Source: an uncultured Candidatus Rokubacteria bacterium (GTDB lineage: Bacteria; Methylomirabilota; Methylomirabilia; Rokubacteriales; DASRDR01). From it: DNA of 64,000 bases. Positions 41,132 to 51,406 of the stretch are shown here, piece by piece (position 1 is the stretch's first letter; the number at the start of each line of letters is the position of its first letter). Where the stretch lies: the NCBI GenBank assembly GCA_963708025.1, contig CAVPSB010000019.1, forward strand, positions 192,001-256,000, read 5' to 3'. The position numbers were made by a program, and so were the translations under genes. Under the pieces are notes generated by a model. It was not told the origin of the DNA. It was given only the letters and a program-made list of their open reading frames with translations, and made no database searches.

Positions 41132-41361
41132 GAGCCCTTGACACCGGTCGCAGAGCGGGGCCAGGATGGGGGTGCCGGGCACGCCCGCCCCGGCCTGGAG
41201 TGCCCGCCCCGGAGTGGGTTGCCTCATGACCAGCCGAGTGATGGAGGCTCGGCCCTCGCGGACGGCTCGATCATCAGTCATTCGCGACCGAGGCAGCGCC
41301 CGGTCCACGCCCGGCCTGGAGCCGGACGGAGTCCCGGGCGATGGGGAAGGAGACAAGGGCC

Positions 41362-41601
41362 ATGGCCACTGCGATCGAACGGCCCTGCGCGAATCCCGCC
41401 TGTTTCTGTCAGACCCCGGATGGGACGTGCTCCCTGTGGTGCGGCGCCCTCGACCGTCCGGCCGGCGTGCGCTGCGTCTGTCGTCACGACGGGTGCGTCC
41501 GGCCGATGGTCCGGGTCCCGCTGTGGACGGCCGGAACGCGGCCGATGATGACGGACCCGTTGCCGGCTGGACCGCGCCGGGTCCTCCCCCGGGTTTCGTA
41601 A
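41362..41601 (+). CDS. Bacterial metallothionein-like small protein (79 aa)
   Basis: AAGGAG RBS; CANPACFC..TCSLWC..CVCRHDGC, 8 Cys and 1 His in SmtA/BmtA-like spacing. Confidence 0.7.
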   Translation: MATAIERPCANPACFCQTPDGTCSLWCGALDRPAGVRCVCRHDGCVRPMVRVPLWTAGTRPMMTDPLPAGPRRVLPRVS

Positions 41602-41811
41602 GGTCACCGCCCGCCCGCATCGGCGGGCGGGTCGCGCGCCTCGCGCCCCCCCGGCCGCTGCCGGCTCCGAGAGAGCCCGTGAAGAAGTGCGGCGGCTCCC
41701 ATTCCCATCCCCCGTCGGCTTCTCGCCCCACCGGCTCCGGCCACGCGGCCGTGGCGCGGCGTAGTAAGATACGGGCCGTCGAACGCCGCTGACCGCTGCC
41801 AAGGAGGCGCC

Positions 41812-42360
41812 ATGCTCTGGGTCGTCCTCGGTGTCGTCGTGTTGCTGGGTCTGTTCGTCGTCAGCCTCTACAACAAGCTGGTCGGTCTGCGGGTACGGGT
41901 GGACGCCACGTGGTCCGACATCGACACCCAGCTCAAGCGCCGCCACGACCTGATCCCCAATCTCGTGGAGACGGTCAAGGGGTACGCGGCCCACGAGCGC
42001 GGGGTGTTCGAGCAGGTCGCCGAAGCCCGGAGCCGCGCCATGGGCGCCACCACGCCGGCCCAGTCGGCCCAGGCCGAGGGAATTCTCACCCAGGCGCTCG
42101 GCCGGCTCTTCGCCGTCGCCGAGGCGTACCCGGAGCTGAAGGCGAATCAGAACTTCCTCTCGCTCCAGCAGACGCTCGCCGGCACCGAGGACGCGATCTC
42201 CGGGTCGCGCCGCGCGTACAACGAGGTAGTCCGGGAGCTGAACACCCGGATCGAGACTGTCCCCTCCAACTTCATCGCCAGCATGTTCAACTTCCAGCGA
42301 CGCGACTTCTTCGAGATCCAGGACGCCGCCGAGCGGGCGGTTCCCCAGGTGAGGTTCTGA
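41812..42360 (+). CDS. lemA: LemA family protein
   Basis: N-terminal TM, WSDIDTQLKRRHDLIPNLVETVKGYAAHE, EAYPELKANQNF. Confidence 0.96.
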   Translation: MLWVVLGVVVLLGLFVVSLYNKLVGLRVRVDATWSDIDTQLKRRHDLIPNLVETVKGYAAHERGVFEQVAEARSRAMGATTPAQSAQAEGILTQALGRLFAVAEAYPELKANQNFLSLQQTLAGTEDAISGSRRAYNEVVRELNTRIETVPSNFIASMFNFQRRDFFEIQDAAERAVPQVRF

Positions 42361-42361
42361 C

Positions 42362-42676
42362 ATGCCCGAGGTGAAGCTGACGACCGGGTTCGGCTCGGTG
42401 CCGGCCGGCACCCAGGACGGGATCGTGCGGGTCCTCCGGGAGGCCATCGACCAGGTGGGGCTGGAGGAGGGGAGCTTCAAGAGGGCGAAGGCCGTCTTCA
42501 CCGAGTCGGACGAGCAGTGCGTGTTCACGGTGGAGCTGGACGGGATCCGCAAGGAGCCGAACCCGCTCCTGCTCGACCTGGAGATGCTCGAGGACGCCGT
42601 GACCGACTCGGGGGCGCTCTCGCTCCTCAAGGAAGAGCTGCGGACGTACTTCCGAAAAGTGCTCGGCGTCAAGTGA
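42362..42676 (+). CDS. Hypothetical protein (104 aa)
   Basis: Tightly packed between lemA and the deacetylase; strong GC3 codon bias. Confidence 0.75.
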   Translation: MPEVKLTTGFGSVPAGTQDGIVRVLREAIDQVGLEEGSFKRAKAVFTESDEQCVFTVELDGIRKEPNPLLLDLEMLEDAVTDSGALSLLKEELRTYFRKVLGVK

Positions 42677-42680
42677 GCGC

Positions 42681-43451
42681 GTGAGCGCGCCGGTCCGCTC
42701 CCTCATCGTCAACGCCGACGACTTCGGCCTCACCGCCGGCGTCAGCCGTGGCATTCTCGAGGCCCACCGGCGCGGGATCGTCACCAGCACGACGGCGCTC
42801 GCCAGCCTGCCGCCCCGGCCCGACCTGGACGCCGAGGCCGTCGGCCTCTCGACCCTGGGCCTCGGGCTCCACGTCAACCTGAGCTGGGGGACGCCGGTCT
42901 CGCCGCCGGCTACCGTCGCCTCGCTGCTCGACGAGGAAGGCCGCCTCTCCCGTGACCTGGCGCGACTCGACGCGCGGGCCGAGCCCGACCAGGTGCGCCG
43001 GGAAGTGGAGGCCCAGATCGAGGCGTTCGCCCGGCGCTTCGGCCGTCCGCCCACGCACCTGGACAGTCACCACCACGTCCACCGGCTGGCCCGGGTGGCC
43101 GAGACCGTACTCGACGTCGCGCTGGCGGCCCGGCTCCCGCTCCGCAGCCAGGATCCGGGATTCCGGGACGGGCTCCGGCGGCGTGGCGCGCGGACCGCCG
43201 ACCACTTCCTCGGCGGCGACGGCGCCGAGCCCTACTGGACGGCGGAGCGCCTCCTGGACTCCCTGGCCGGGCTCCCCGGCGGCGTCACCGAGCTGATGTG
43301 CCATCCCGGCTACTTCGACGACGCCCTCGCCTACAGCCGGTACGGCAAGCAGCGCGAGACCGAGCTGGCGGCGCTCTGCGATGCGGAGGCCCGGGCGACG
43401 GTCGAGCGGCTCAGCATCCGGCTCGCGCACTTCGGGACGCTGTTCCCCTGA
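42681..43451 (+). CDS. ChbG/HpnK (YdjC) family carbohydrate deacetylase
   Basis: LIVNADDFG, GLHVNL, PTHLDSHHHVH, ELMCHPG, RETEL. Confidence 0.93.
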   Translation: MSAPVRSLIVNADDFGLTAGVSRGILEAHRRGIVTSTTALASLPPRPDLDAEAVGLSTLGLGLHVNLSWGTPVSPPATVASLLDEEGRLSRDLARLDARAEPDQVRREVEAQIEAFARRFGRPPTHLDSHHHVHRLARVAETVLDVALAARLPLRSQDPGFRDGLRRRGARTADHFLGGDGAEPYWTAERLLDSLAGLPGGVTELMCHPGYFDDALAYSRYGKQRETELAALCDAEARATVERLSIRLAHFGTLFP

Positions 43452-43453
43452 CG

Positions 43454-43975
43454 ATGCCTCCGGATCTGCGCTCCCACCGCGAGCTGGCCGTCGCTGCCGT
43501 CATGGTCGGGCTGGGGATCGTGGTGATCCTCCTGGCCGGCCGGATCGACCCCGGCGTCCAGACCGATCCCCTGGGTCCCCGTTTCTTTCCGCTGATTCTC
43601 GGCGCGGCGATCGGGCTCTGCGGACTGCTGCTGGCGGTGACGACCCTCGCGCCCGGCCGATTCACCACGGCCACGCCCGTGTTCGTCGAGAGCGCGGAGG
43701 ACGACGAGTCGGCGGCGTCGGGGGTGTTCTCGCCGGGCCGGCTCGTGGCGGCGGTCGTGCTCACCGCCCTGTATCTCGCGGCGTTCGAGCGACTGGGCTA
43801 CCTGCTCGCCACGCCCCTCTACGTGGCGGCGCTGCTGCTCGTGTACGGGGGCGTCTCGCGGCGCGCGCTCCTGACCTCGCCGGTCCTGCTCGCCGTGGCG
43901 TTCTACGCCGCGTTCCGGTTCGGCCTGCTCATCCCGGTGCCGGACGGGATCCTGGACGGCGTGCTGCCATGGTGA
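43454..43975 (+). CDS. tctB: Tripartite tricarboxylate transporter TctB
   Basis: LGPRFFP, LGYLLAT, LIPVPDG; about four TMs; upstream of tctA. Confidence 0.85.
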   Translation: MPPDLRSHRELAVAAVMVGLGIVVILLAGRIDPGVQTDPLGPRFFPLILGAAIGLCGLLLAVTTLAPGRFTTATPVFVESAEDDESAASGVFSPGRLVAAVVLTALYLAAFERLGYLLATPLYVAALLLVYGGVSRRALLTSPVLLAVAFYAAFRFGLLIPVPDGILDGVLPW

Positions 43976-43982
43976 GCCGCCC

Positions 43983-45503
43983 GTGACCGTGCTGGCCGGC
44001 CTGGCCGCCGGGTTCGCGAGCGCGGTGGAGGGTCCGCGCCTGCTCCTGATGGTGGTGGGGGTGGCCTGGGGCGTCATCGGCGGCGCCATCCCGGGGATCA
44101 GCGGCGCCGTCGCGATGGCGCTGGCGCTCCCGTTCACCTTCGCCATGGACCCCGCGACCGCCCTCTGCATGCTGGCGGGGGTCTGGGCCGGCGCCAACTA
44201 CGGCGGCTCCATCCCCGCCATCCTCATGCGGATTCCCGGCACCCCGGCCTCGGCGGCGTGCCTGATGGACGGCTACGAGCTGACGCGGCAGGGGAAGGCG
44301 GCCAAGGCGCTCGGGGTCTCGCTGGTCTGTGGCACCATCGGCGGCCTGGCCAGCATCGTCGTGCTCATCGCGCTGGTGCTGCCGCTGGGCGAGCTGGTGC
44401 TCCACTTCCAGTCGCCCGAGACCTTCGCCCTGGCCATCTTCGCCCTCACCCTGCTGGCCGGACTCGCCGAGGCGAGCGTCCTCAAGGGGCTGGCCTCGGG
44501 GTTCTTCGGGCTGCTCCTCACGACGGTGGGCCTCGACACCCTGACCGGGTCGCTGCGCTTCACGTTCGGGCGGCCCGAAATGCTGACCGGCATCGACGTG
44601 GTGGCGGCGATGGTCGGCCTCTTCGCCGTGACCGAGATGTTCCACCGGATTGCCCACCCGGAAGGGGTGCCGGAGGTGGTGGCGGACCGCGCGCACACCG
44701 CCTTCCCGACCCTCGCCGAGCTGCGGGAGCTGTGGCCGGCCACGCTGATCGGCACCATCGTCGGGCTGATCGTCGGCGTCATGCCGGGCGCGGGCGCGAC
44801 CGCCTCCTCCTTCGTGGCCTACAACGAGGCGCGGCGCTGGTCGAAGCGACCGGAGCTGTTCGGCAAGGGCTCCATGGAGGGGGTGGCCGCGCCGGAGACC
44901 GCCAACAACGCCGTGCAGGGCGGGGACCTGGTGCCGACGCTGGCCCTCGGCATCCCGGGCTCGAACTCGGCCGCGATCATGCTGGCCGCCCTCATCCTTC
45001 ACGGCATCCAGCCGGGCCCGTTCCTGCTCTCCAAGCACGGCTCGCTCGTCTACACGCTCTTCGCCGGGCTGCTCATCGTCAACCTGCTCATGATCCCGGT
45101 CGGTCTGGTGATCCTGCGGCTCTGCCTCCTCGCCCTGCGCCTTTCGCCGCCGGTGCTGGTGGCGGCGGTCCTCGGCCTGTGCTTCATCGGCGCCTACGCC
45201 GCCGAGCTGCACATCGTCAACCCCTGGACCGCGCTCGCCTTCGGCGTGCTCGGCTACGGGATGCGACTCTACGGCTTCTCGGCGGCGGCGATGGTGCTCG
45301 GCATGGTGCTGGGCGTCATGGCGGAGAGCGAGCTGCGCCGGTCGCTCATCATCTCCCACGGCAGCTGGACGATCTTCATGACGCGCCCCATCACCGCCGG
45401 GCTCCTCGTGCTGACCCTCGGCGTCCTGGTCTACCCCCTCGTTCTCGGCGCCATCCGGCGCCGGCGCTCAAGGAGGCAAACGCAATGGGCAAGCGTCCGC
45501 TGA
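43983..45503 (+). CDS. tctA: Tripartite tricarboxylate transporter permease TctA
   Basis: [44 protein letters not shown]. Confidence 0.95.
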   Translation: MTVLAGLAAGFASAVEGPRLLLMVVGVAWGVIGGAIPGISGAVAMALALPFTFAMDPATALCMLAGVWAGANYGGSIPAILMRIPGTPASAACLMDGYELTRQGKAAKALGVSLVCGTIGGLASIVVLIALVLPLGELVLHFQSPETFALAIFALTLLAGLAEASVLKGLASGFFGLLLTTVGLDTLTGSLRFTFGRPEMLTGIDVVAAMVGLFAVTEMFHRIAHPEGVPEVVADRAHTAFPTLAELRELWPATLIGTIVGLIVGVMPGAGATASSFVAYNEARRWSKRPELFGKGSMEGVAAPETANNAVQGGDLVPTLALGIPGSNSAAIMLAALILHGIQPGPFLLSKHGSLVYTLFAGLLIVNLLMIPVGLVILRLCLLALRLSPPVLVAAVLGLCFIGAYAAELHIVNPWTALAFGVLGYGMRLYGFSAAAMVLGMVLGVMAESELRRSLIISHGSWTIFMTRPITAGLLVLTLGVLVYPLVLGAIRRRRSRRQTQWASVR

Positions 45504-46471
45504 CCCTCGCCATCCTGGCCGCCCTCATGCTGGCCGCCCTCGCGGCTGGACCGTGGTCGGCCCCGGCCCAGACGCGCGACTTCCCGACCCGTCCGATCAC
45601 CTTCATCGTCGGTTTCGCCCCGGGCGGCGGGGCCGACGTCTTCGCGCGCGCGCTGGCCGAGGCGGCCAAGACGGTCCTCCCGCAGGCGATCGCCGTGGAG
45701 AATCGCCCCGGCGCCGGGGGGACGGCGGCCAACGCCTACGCCGCCTCCCGGCCGGCCGACGGGCACACCATCCTCTTCGCCCACGCCGGCTCCTCGATCA
45801 TCACCCCGATCATCACCAACCAGCCGACCCTCAAGTGGGATGCCTTCGAGCCGGTGGCTCGGATCCACGCCGAGGAGGAGTGGCTCTTCGGCCATCCCGA
45901 CGGTCCCTGGAAGACGATCGACGAGGTCGTCGCCTACGCCAAGGCGAACCCGAAGAAGGTCCGGGTCGCGGGCTCGGCCATCGGCGGCATCGACAGCTTC
46001 GTGGTGCTGTCGTGGGAGCAGGCGGCCGGGATCGACGTCGAGTACATCCCGCACGAGGGGGGCGGCCCGGCCACCCTGACGTTCCTCGGGAAGAACGCCG
46101 AGCTGCTGGTCGGCAACGTCTCGGAGGCCTTCCAGCACGTGGAGGCGAAGAAGATGGTGCCGCTCGCGGTGGCCAGCGAGAAGCGCAGCCCGATCTTCCC
46201 GGACGTCCCGACGCTGAAGGAGAAGGGCGCCGACGTGGTGATGGTGCAGTGGCGGAGCGTGCTGGCGCCCAAGGGCACCCCGGCGCCGCGCGTCGCGTTC
46301 CTGGCCGAGAGCTTCCAGAAGGCGCTCGGGGCCGATTCGTGGAAGACCTTCAACCGGAACGCCAAGGCGGTGGACGCGTTCCTGGGGCCGGCGGAGTTCC
46401 GTCAGTTCCTGGCGAGCGAGGAGGCGCGCTTCAGCAAGATCATCGACCAGCTCGGCCTCCGCAAGAAGTAG
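45485..46471 (+). CDS. tctC: Tripartite tricarboxylate transporter substrate-binding protein (TctC/Bug)
   Basis: FPTRPITFIVGFAPGGGAD, VENRPGAGG, ADGHT, PDVPTLKE; AAGGAGG RBS. Confidence 0.93.
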   Translation: MGKRPLTLAILAALMLAALAAGPWSAPAQTRDFPTRPITFIVGFAPGGGADVFARALAEAAKTVLPQAIAVENRPGAGGTAANAYAASRPADGHTILFAHAGSSIITPIITNQPTLKWDAFEPVARIHAEEEWLFGHPDGPWKTIDEVVAYAKANPKKVRVAGSAIGGIDSFVVLSWEQAAGIDVEYIPHEGGGPATLTFLGKNAELLVGNVSEAFQHVEAKKMVPLAVASEKRSPIFPDVPTLKEKGADVVMVQWRSVLAPKGTPAPRVAFLAESFQKALGADSWKTFNRNAKAVDAFLGPAEFRQFLASEEARFSKIIDQLGLRKK

Positions 46472-46480
46472 ATGGCAGCA

Positions 46481-46634
46481 TGTCGGAGTATCGAGGAGTC
46501 TGCGGCCGGCCGGGCTCGGTGAGGGAGCATCCTTCGAGCGCCCACCCACGCGGAGGCGCTGCGCGCCTCTGGCGCGGGTACCCGGCCGGCGCAACCGAGG
46601 GGGGCATCGGGGGGGTGTTCCGACACCCCCCCGA
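46481..46634 (+). repeat. ~155-bp structured repeat, family C (copy 2)
   Basis: Co-linear with 35648-35800. Confidence 0.85.
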
Positions 46635-46643
46635 AGATCCTAG

Positions 46644-47549
46644 ATGGCCGATCTCCAGCCGGGCCAGCTCGGCTTCGCCGCCTCGTCGGGGCCGGTGGAG
46701 CGGTACTTCCCGCTCGCCCGCCGCCACGGGCTGTCGTGGCTCGAGTTCTCGTGCCAGAACCCGGTGAACTTCCCCCAGACCTTCGACCGGGCCCGCATCC
46801 GCCGGGTCCGCGGGCTCGTCGAGGGCTCCGGGATCCGCTGCGGCCTCCACTCGGCCTCGTTCGTCAACACGGCGGAGATCATGCCGACCGTGCGGAAAGC
46901 CGCCGAGCAGCACCTGCGCGAGTACGTCGACCTGACAGCCGCCCTGGGCTGCGAGTACCTGGTGGTCCACTGCGGCTTCCACTTCAGCGTCTACCTGGAC
47001 CGGGTGCGGGCCGCGCTCTACGAGACCATGGCCCGCTGCGTCGACCACGCCGGACGGCGCGGGATCCCGGTGGTCATCGAGAACATGAACCGGCTGCCGG
47101 GAGATTCCGAGTTCCAGTACCTGGGGGTGACGGTCGAGGAGTACCGCGACCTCTTCCGGCGCATCCGCTCGCCCTACCTCGGTCTCGGCCTGGACGTGGC
47201 GCACTGCGAGCTGCTGCCGGGCGGCACCCTGCCGTTCGTCCGGGCGTTCGGGGACCGCATCCATTCCGTCCAGCTCTCGGACAACCGCGGGCGCGTCGAC
47301 GAGCACATGGCGATCGGGGAGGGGACGATCGATTTCCACCGGGTCCTGGGCGCGCTCCGGCGGATGGACTTCACCGGTCCGCTGATCATCGAGCTGTTCG
47401 ACGTGCCGAAGAAGCTGCTGAGCCTTCGCCGGCTGCGGGCGCTGCTGAGAGGGGACGGCCGGCGGTCGCCGGTCGGGCGAGGAAGCCGGCGGCGGCCACG
47501 AGCGTCCGCCGGACCGGGTCGGGAGCGACGCCGAGCCGCTCGCGCCTGA
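46644..47549 (+). CDS. Sugar phosphate isomerase/epimerase family TIM-barrel protein
   Basis: VVHCG, IENM, LDVAH, QLSDN, DEHMAIGEGTIDF, IIE. Confidence 0.88.
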   Translation: MADLQPGQLGFAASSGPVERYFPLARRHGLSWLEFSCQNPVNFPQTFDRARIRRVRGLVEGSGIRCGLHSASFVNTAEIMPTVRKAAEQHLREYVDLTAALGCEYLVVHCGFHFSVYLDRVRAALYETMARCVDHAGRRGIPVVIENMNRLPGDSEFQYLGVTVEEYRDLFRRIRSPYLGLGLDVAHCELLPGGTLPFVRAFGDRIHSVQLSDNRGRVDEHMAIGEGTIDFHRVLGALRRMDFTGPLIIELFDVPKKLLSLRRLRALLRGDGRRSPVGRGSRRRPRASAGPGRERRRAARA

Positions 47550-47679
47550 AGCCCGACCGTCGGAGCGCCGGCGGGATCGTCCGCGTTCGCCGGCAGGCGA
47601 GGTCCGCCGGGACGGCCACACGCGGACACGCGCCCCCGCCTGACCCTCGGCCCCCGCGGCTGTGAGACAATGGGCCGGG

Positions 47680-50577
47680 ATGAGTCGAGCCGCGGTCGTC
47701 AACGGCAAGGCGGGGAGCGACCTCGAGCGCGAGCTGCGGAAGGTAGTCGAGGGCGAGGTCCGCTTCGACGACTACTCGCGCCTCCTCTACTCGACCGACG
47801 CCTCGATGTACCAGGTCGAGCCGATCGGGGTGGTGGTGCCGCGGAGCGCCGCCGACGTCCACGCCGTCCTGGAGCTGGCCAACCGTTACAACGTTCCCGT
47901 CCTGCCGCGCGGCGGCGGAACGAGCCTGGCCGGCCAGACCGTCAACCACGCCATCGTCCTCGACTTCTCCCCGCACATGAACCGGGTGCTGGAGGTCAAC
48001 CGCGAGGAGCTGTGGTGCCGGGTCCAGCCCGGCGTGATCCAGGACGAGCTGAACGCCCACGTCCGCCCGCTGGGCCTCCTCTTCGGGCCCGACACCTCGA
48101 CCTCGAATCGGGCCACCATCGGCGGCATGTGCGGGAACAACTCGGCCGGCTCGCACTCCATCGCCTACGGCAAGACGCTCGACCACGTGCTGGAGCTCCG
48201 GTGCCTCCTGGCCGACGGCTCCGAGGTCGTGCTCCGCGACCTCTCCGCCGGCGAGCTGGAGGCCCGGTCCCGGGCCGACGGCCTCGAGGGCCAGGTCTAC
48301 CGGGAGGTCCAGCGGCTGGTGGGCCAGCACGCCGGCGAGATCCGCGCCCGCTACCCGACGATCATGCGCCGGGTGTCCGGCTACAACCTCGACGAGTTCG
48401 TGAAGCGGCAGCCGTTCGGGCTCCACCGCCTGGCCGTCGGCTCGGAGGGGACGCTGGTCGTCGTCGTCGAGATGAAGATGCGGCTGGTCCCCCGGCCGAA
48501 GCACACGGCGCTGGACGTCGTCCACTACGCCACGCTCGAGGAGGCCCTGGAGTCCTCGCCGGACCTCCTGACCACCGGGCCCTACGCGGTGGAGCTGACC
48601 GACAAGCTGATCCTGGACCTGGCGAGACAGAACATAGAGCAGCGCCAGCGGATGGGCTTCGTCCAGGGCGACCCGGCGGCGATCATGCTGGTGGAGTACG
48701 CGGGGGAGAGCGAGGCGGAGGTCCGGGCCAAGGTCGAGGCCCTGGAGAGCCTGCGGGCTCGCCGGCGGATCGGCTACGCCGCCCACCAGGCGTTCGACCC
48801 GGCCGAGCAGCAGTCGATCTGGAAGCTCCGCAAGGCGGGGCTCGGCCTGCTGCTGGGGATGAAGGGCGAGAAGAAGGCCATCGCCTTCGTCGAGGACACC
48901 GCGGTGGACCCGGCGAAGCTCCCCGAGTTCATCGCGCGCTTCCGGGCGATCCTGGGCCGCCACGACGCGGCCGCCGGCTACTACGGGCATTGCTCGGTGG
49001 GATGCCTCCACATCCGCCCGCTGATCAACCTGAAGGACGCGGCCGAGATCCGCAAGATGCAGCGGATCGCCGAGGAGATCACCGCCCTGGTCCTCGAGTT
49101 CGGCGGGGCGCTCTCCGGCGAGCACGGGGACGGCCGGGCCCGGAGCCCGTTCAACGAGACGCTCTACGGCCCGCGGCTCTACGACGCCTTCCGCCAGGTC
49201 AAGCGCGCCTTCGACCCGAAGGGCCTGCTCAACCCCGGCAACATCGTCGACGCCCCGCCGATGACCGAGTCGCTCCGGTACGGCCCGACCTACCGGACCT
49301 GGGAGCCCGACACGCTGCTGGACTTCTCGGCCCAGGGCGGCTTCGCGGCCGCCGTCGAGATGTGCAACGGGATCGGCGTCTGCCGGAAGAAGCTCGAGGG
49401 CACCATGTGCCCCTCGTACATGGCCACGCTCGACGAGGAGCACTCGACGCGCGGCCGGGCCAACGCCCTCCGGGCGGTGCTGTCGGGCCGGGCGCCGGCC
49501 GCCGACTTCACGGGCCGGCGGCTCTACGAGGTGCTGGACCTGTGCCTGGAGTGCAAGGCCTGCAAGGCCGAGTGCCCGGCCAACGTCGACATGGCGAAGC
49601 TCAAGTACGAGTTCCTCGCCCACTACTACCGGGCCAACGGCCTGCCGCTCCGGAACCGCCTGTTCGGCCAGATTCATCGCCTCGCGCGCTGGGGCTCGGC
49701 GCTGGCACCCCTGTCGAACTGGCTGGCGCGCTCGGCGCCGAACCGCTGGCTTCTCCAGCGCCTGGCCGGTATCGATTCGCGGCGGCCGCTGCCGGCCTTC
49801 GCGGGGACGCCGTTCACGATCTGGTTCGCTCGTCACCGGCCGGAGGGGACGGGGGAGCGGGGCGCCGTCGTCCTCTTCCACGACACCTTCAACACCTACC
49901 AGACCCCGGAGGTGGCCATCGCGGCGACGCGGGTCCTGGAGGCGGCGGGCTACCGCGTGGTCCTGCCGGAGCGGCGCTGCTGCGGGCGCCCGATGATCTC
50001 GAAGGGGATGCTGGGGGAGGCCCGCGCGCTGGCCGCCTACAACGTCGCGCAACTGGCGGGGCACGCGCGCCAGGGCTTGCCGATCGTCGGCCTCGAGCCC
50101 TCCTGCCTGCTGACGCTCCGGGACGAGTACGTGGACCTGCTCCGCACCGACGACGCGCGGCTGGTGGCGCGGCAGAGCCTCCTGCTCGACGAGTTCCTCC
50201 AGCGCGAGACGGCGGCCGGGCGGCCGCTGCCGTTCGCGGCGGGGAGCGGCCGGACGGCGCTGCTCCACGGCCACTGTCACCAGAAGGCGCTGGTCGGCAA
50301 CGGCCCCACCGTGGCCGTGCTGAAGGCCGCCGGCTACCAGGTCAGCGAGGTGGACGCCGGGTGCTGCGGGATGGCCGGGTCGTTCGGGTTCGAGGCCGAG
50401 CACTACGAGCTGTCACTCGCCATCGCCGGGCGGCGGCTCGTCCCCGCCGTGAAGGCGGCCGCGCCCGACGTCGCCGTTTGCGCCCCGGGCATCTCCTGCC
50501 GCCAGCAGATCGAGCACACGACCGGCCGCCACGCGCAGCACCCGGCGGAGCTCCTTGCCGAGGCCCTCGCCCGCTGA
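47680..50577 (+). CDS. FAD-binding / Fe-S oxidoreductase (YdiJ-like GlcD-GlcF fusion)
   Basis: YSTDAS, RGGGTSLAGQ, GSEGTL, SGEHGDG, CLECKACKAECP, CCG motifs. Confidence 0.93.
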   Translation: MSRAAVVNGKAGSDLERELRKVVEGEVRFDDYSRLLYSTDASMYQVEPIGVVVPRSAADVHAVLELANRYNVPVLPRGGGTSLAGQTVNHAIVLDFSPHMNRVLEVNREELWCRVQPGVIQDELNAHVRPLGLLFGPDTSTSNRATIGGMCGNNSAGSHSIAYGKTLDHVLELRCLLADGSEVVLRDLSAGELEARSRADGLEGQVYREVQRLVGQHAGEIRARYPTIMRRVSGYNLDEFVKRQPFGLHRLAVGSEGTLVVVVEMKMRLVPRPKHTALDVVHYATLEEALESSPDLLTTGPYAVELTDKLILDLARQNIEQRQRMGFVQGDPAAIMLVEYAGESEAEVRAKVEALESLRARRRIGYAAHQAFDPAEQQSIWKLRKAGLGLLLGMKGEKKAIAFVEDTAVDPAKLPEFIARFRAILGRHDAAAGYYGHCSVGCLHIRPLINLKDAAEIRKMQRIAEEITALVLEFGGALSGEHGDGRARSPFNETLYGPRLYDAFRQVKRAFDPKGLLNPGNIVDAPPMTESLRYGPTYRTWEPDTLLDFSAQGGFAAAVEMCNGIGVCRKKLEGTMCPSYMATLDEEHSTRGRANALRAVLSGRAPAADFTGRRLYEVLDLCLECKACKAECPANVDMAKLKYEFLAHYYRANGLPLRNRLFGQIHRLARWGSALAPLSNWLARSAPNRWLLQRLAGIDSRRPLPAFAGTPFTIWFARHRPEGTGERGAVVLFHDTFNTYQTPEVAIAATRVLEAAGYRVVLPERRCCGRPMISKGMLGEARALAAYNVAQLAGHARQGLPIVGLEPSCLLTLRDEYVDLLRTDDARLVARQSLLLDEFLQRETAAGRPLPFAAGSGRTALLHGHCHQKALVGNGPTVAVLKAAGYQVSEVDAGCCGMAGSFGFEAEHYELSLAIAGRRLVPAVKAAAPDVAVCAPGISCRQQIEHTTGRHAQHPAELLAEALAR

Positions 50578-50589
50578 TCCGGTCGCCGG

Positions 50590-50630
50590 CCCCCTCACCC
50601 TGACCCTCTCCCCCGAGGCGGGGAAGAGGG
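50590..50630. repeat. Family E REP-like palindrome
   Basis: CCCCCTCACCCTGACCCTCTCCCCCGAGGCGGGGAAGAGGG. Confidence 0.7.
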
Positions 50631-50639
50631 AAGCGAGCG

Positions 50640-51374
50640 ATGACCTGGATCCTCGGCCTCGCCGGCCTGCTGACCGGCGGCTTCGTCAAGGGCGCCATCG
50701 GCTTCGGCTTCCCGGCCGTCGCGACGCCCCTCCTCGCGCTGGCCACCGACGTCCGCACCGCGATCGTCGTCCTGCTGGTCCCGAACATCGTCATGGACGG
50801 GATCCAGGTCGTCCGCCGTCCGGGCGCCCTCGTCGCGGCGCGCCGGCACGCCCCGCTCATCCTGGCGGGCGTGGTGGGGACCGTCATCGGCACCCAGTTC
50901 CTGGCGTGGGTCTCGCCGCGCGGGCTGCTGGCCAGCCTCGGGAGCGTGATCCTCGTGCTGGTGGTCGTCTCGCTGGCCCGGCCGGCCTGGCAGCTCCCGC
51001 CCGGGTGGGAGCTGCCGGTGGCGCCGCTGGTGGGGCTGGCCGCGGGCGTGCTCGGCGGGCTCACCAACGTGCCGGGCCCGCCGATCCCGCTCTACTACCA
51101 GGCGCTCCGGCTGTCCAAGACCGAGTTCGTCCGCGCCGTGGCCCTGACGCTCCTCGTGCTCAAGATCGCCCAGCTCGGCGCGGTGTGGCAGGTGGGCTTG
51201 ATGGAGTCGCGTCTGCTGGCGCCGTGCCTCGGCGCGACGGTGATCGCGCTCGGGGCCTTCCGGCTGGGGCTGTGGGTCCAGGACCGGGTGCCGGCCGCGG
51301 CCTTCAACCGGGCGGTGCTGCTCTTCCTCGGCGCCGTCAGCATCGCCATGCTCCTGCGCGCGCTCCGGGGCTGA
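50640..51374 (+). CDS. TSUP (TauE/SafE) family transporter
   Basis: GFVKGAIGFGF, GVLGGLTNVPGPP; about eight TMs. Confidence 0.9.
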   Translation: MTWILGLAGLLTGGFVKGAIGFGFPAVATPLLALATDVRTAIVVLLVPNIVMDGIQVVRRPGALVAARRHAPLILAGVVGTVIGTQFLAWVSPRGLLASLGSVILVLVVVSLARPAWQLPPGWELPVAPLVGLAAGVLGGLTNVPGPPIPLYYQALRLSKTEFVRAVALTLLVLKIAQLGAVWQVGLMESRLLAPCLGATVIALGAFRLGLWVQDRVPAAAFNRAVLLFLGAVSIAMLLRALRG

Positions 51375-51406
51375 CGGGGATTGGATCTGCCGGATCACGG
51401 TGCAGA

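Noticed and set aside
41140-41360. ORFs 41166..41792 and 41054..41731 around the metallothionein
   Set aside because: Low-complexity translations with no motifs or convincing RBS.
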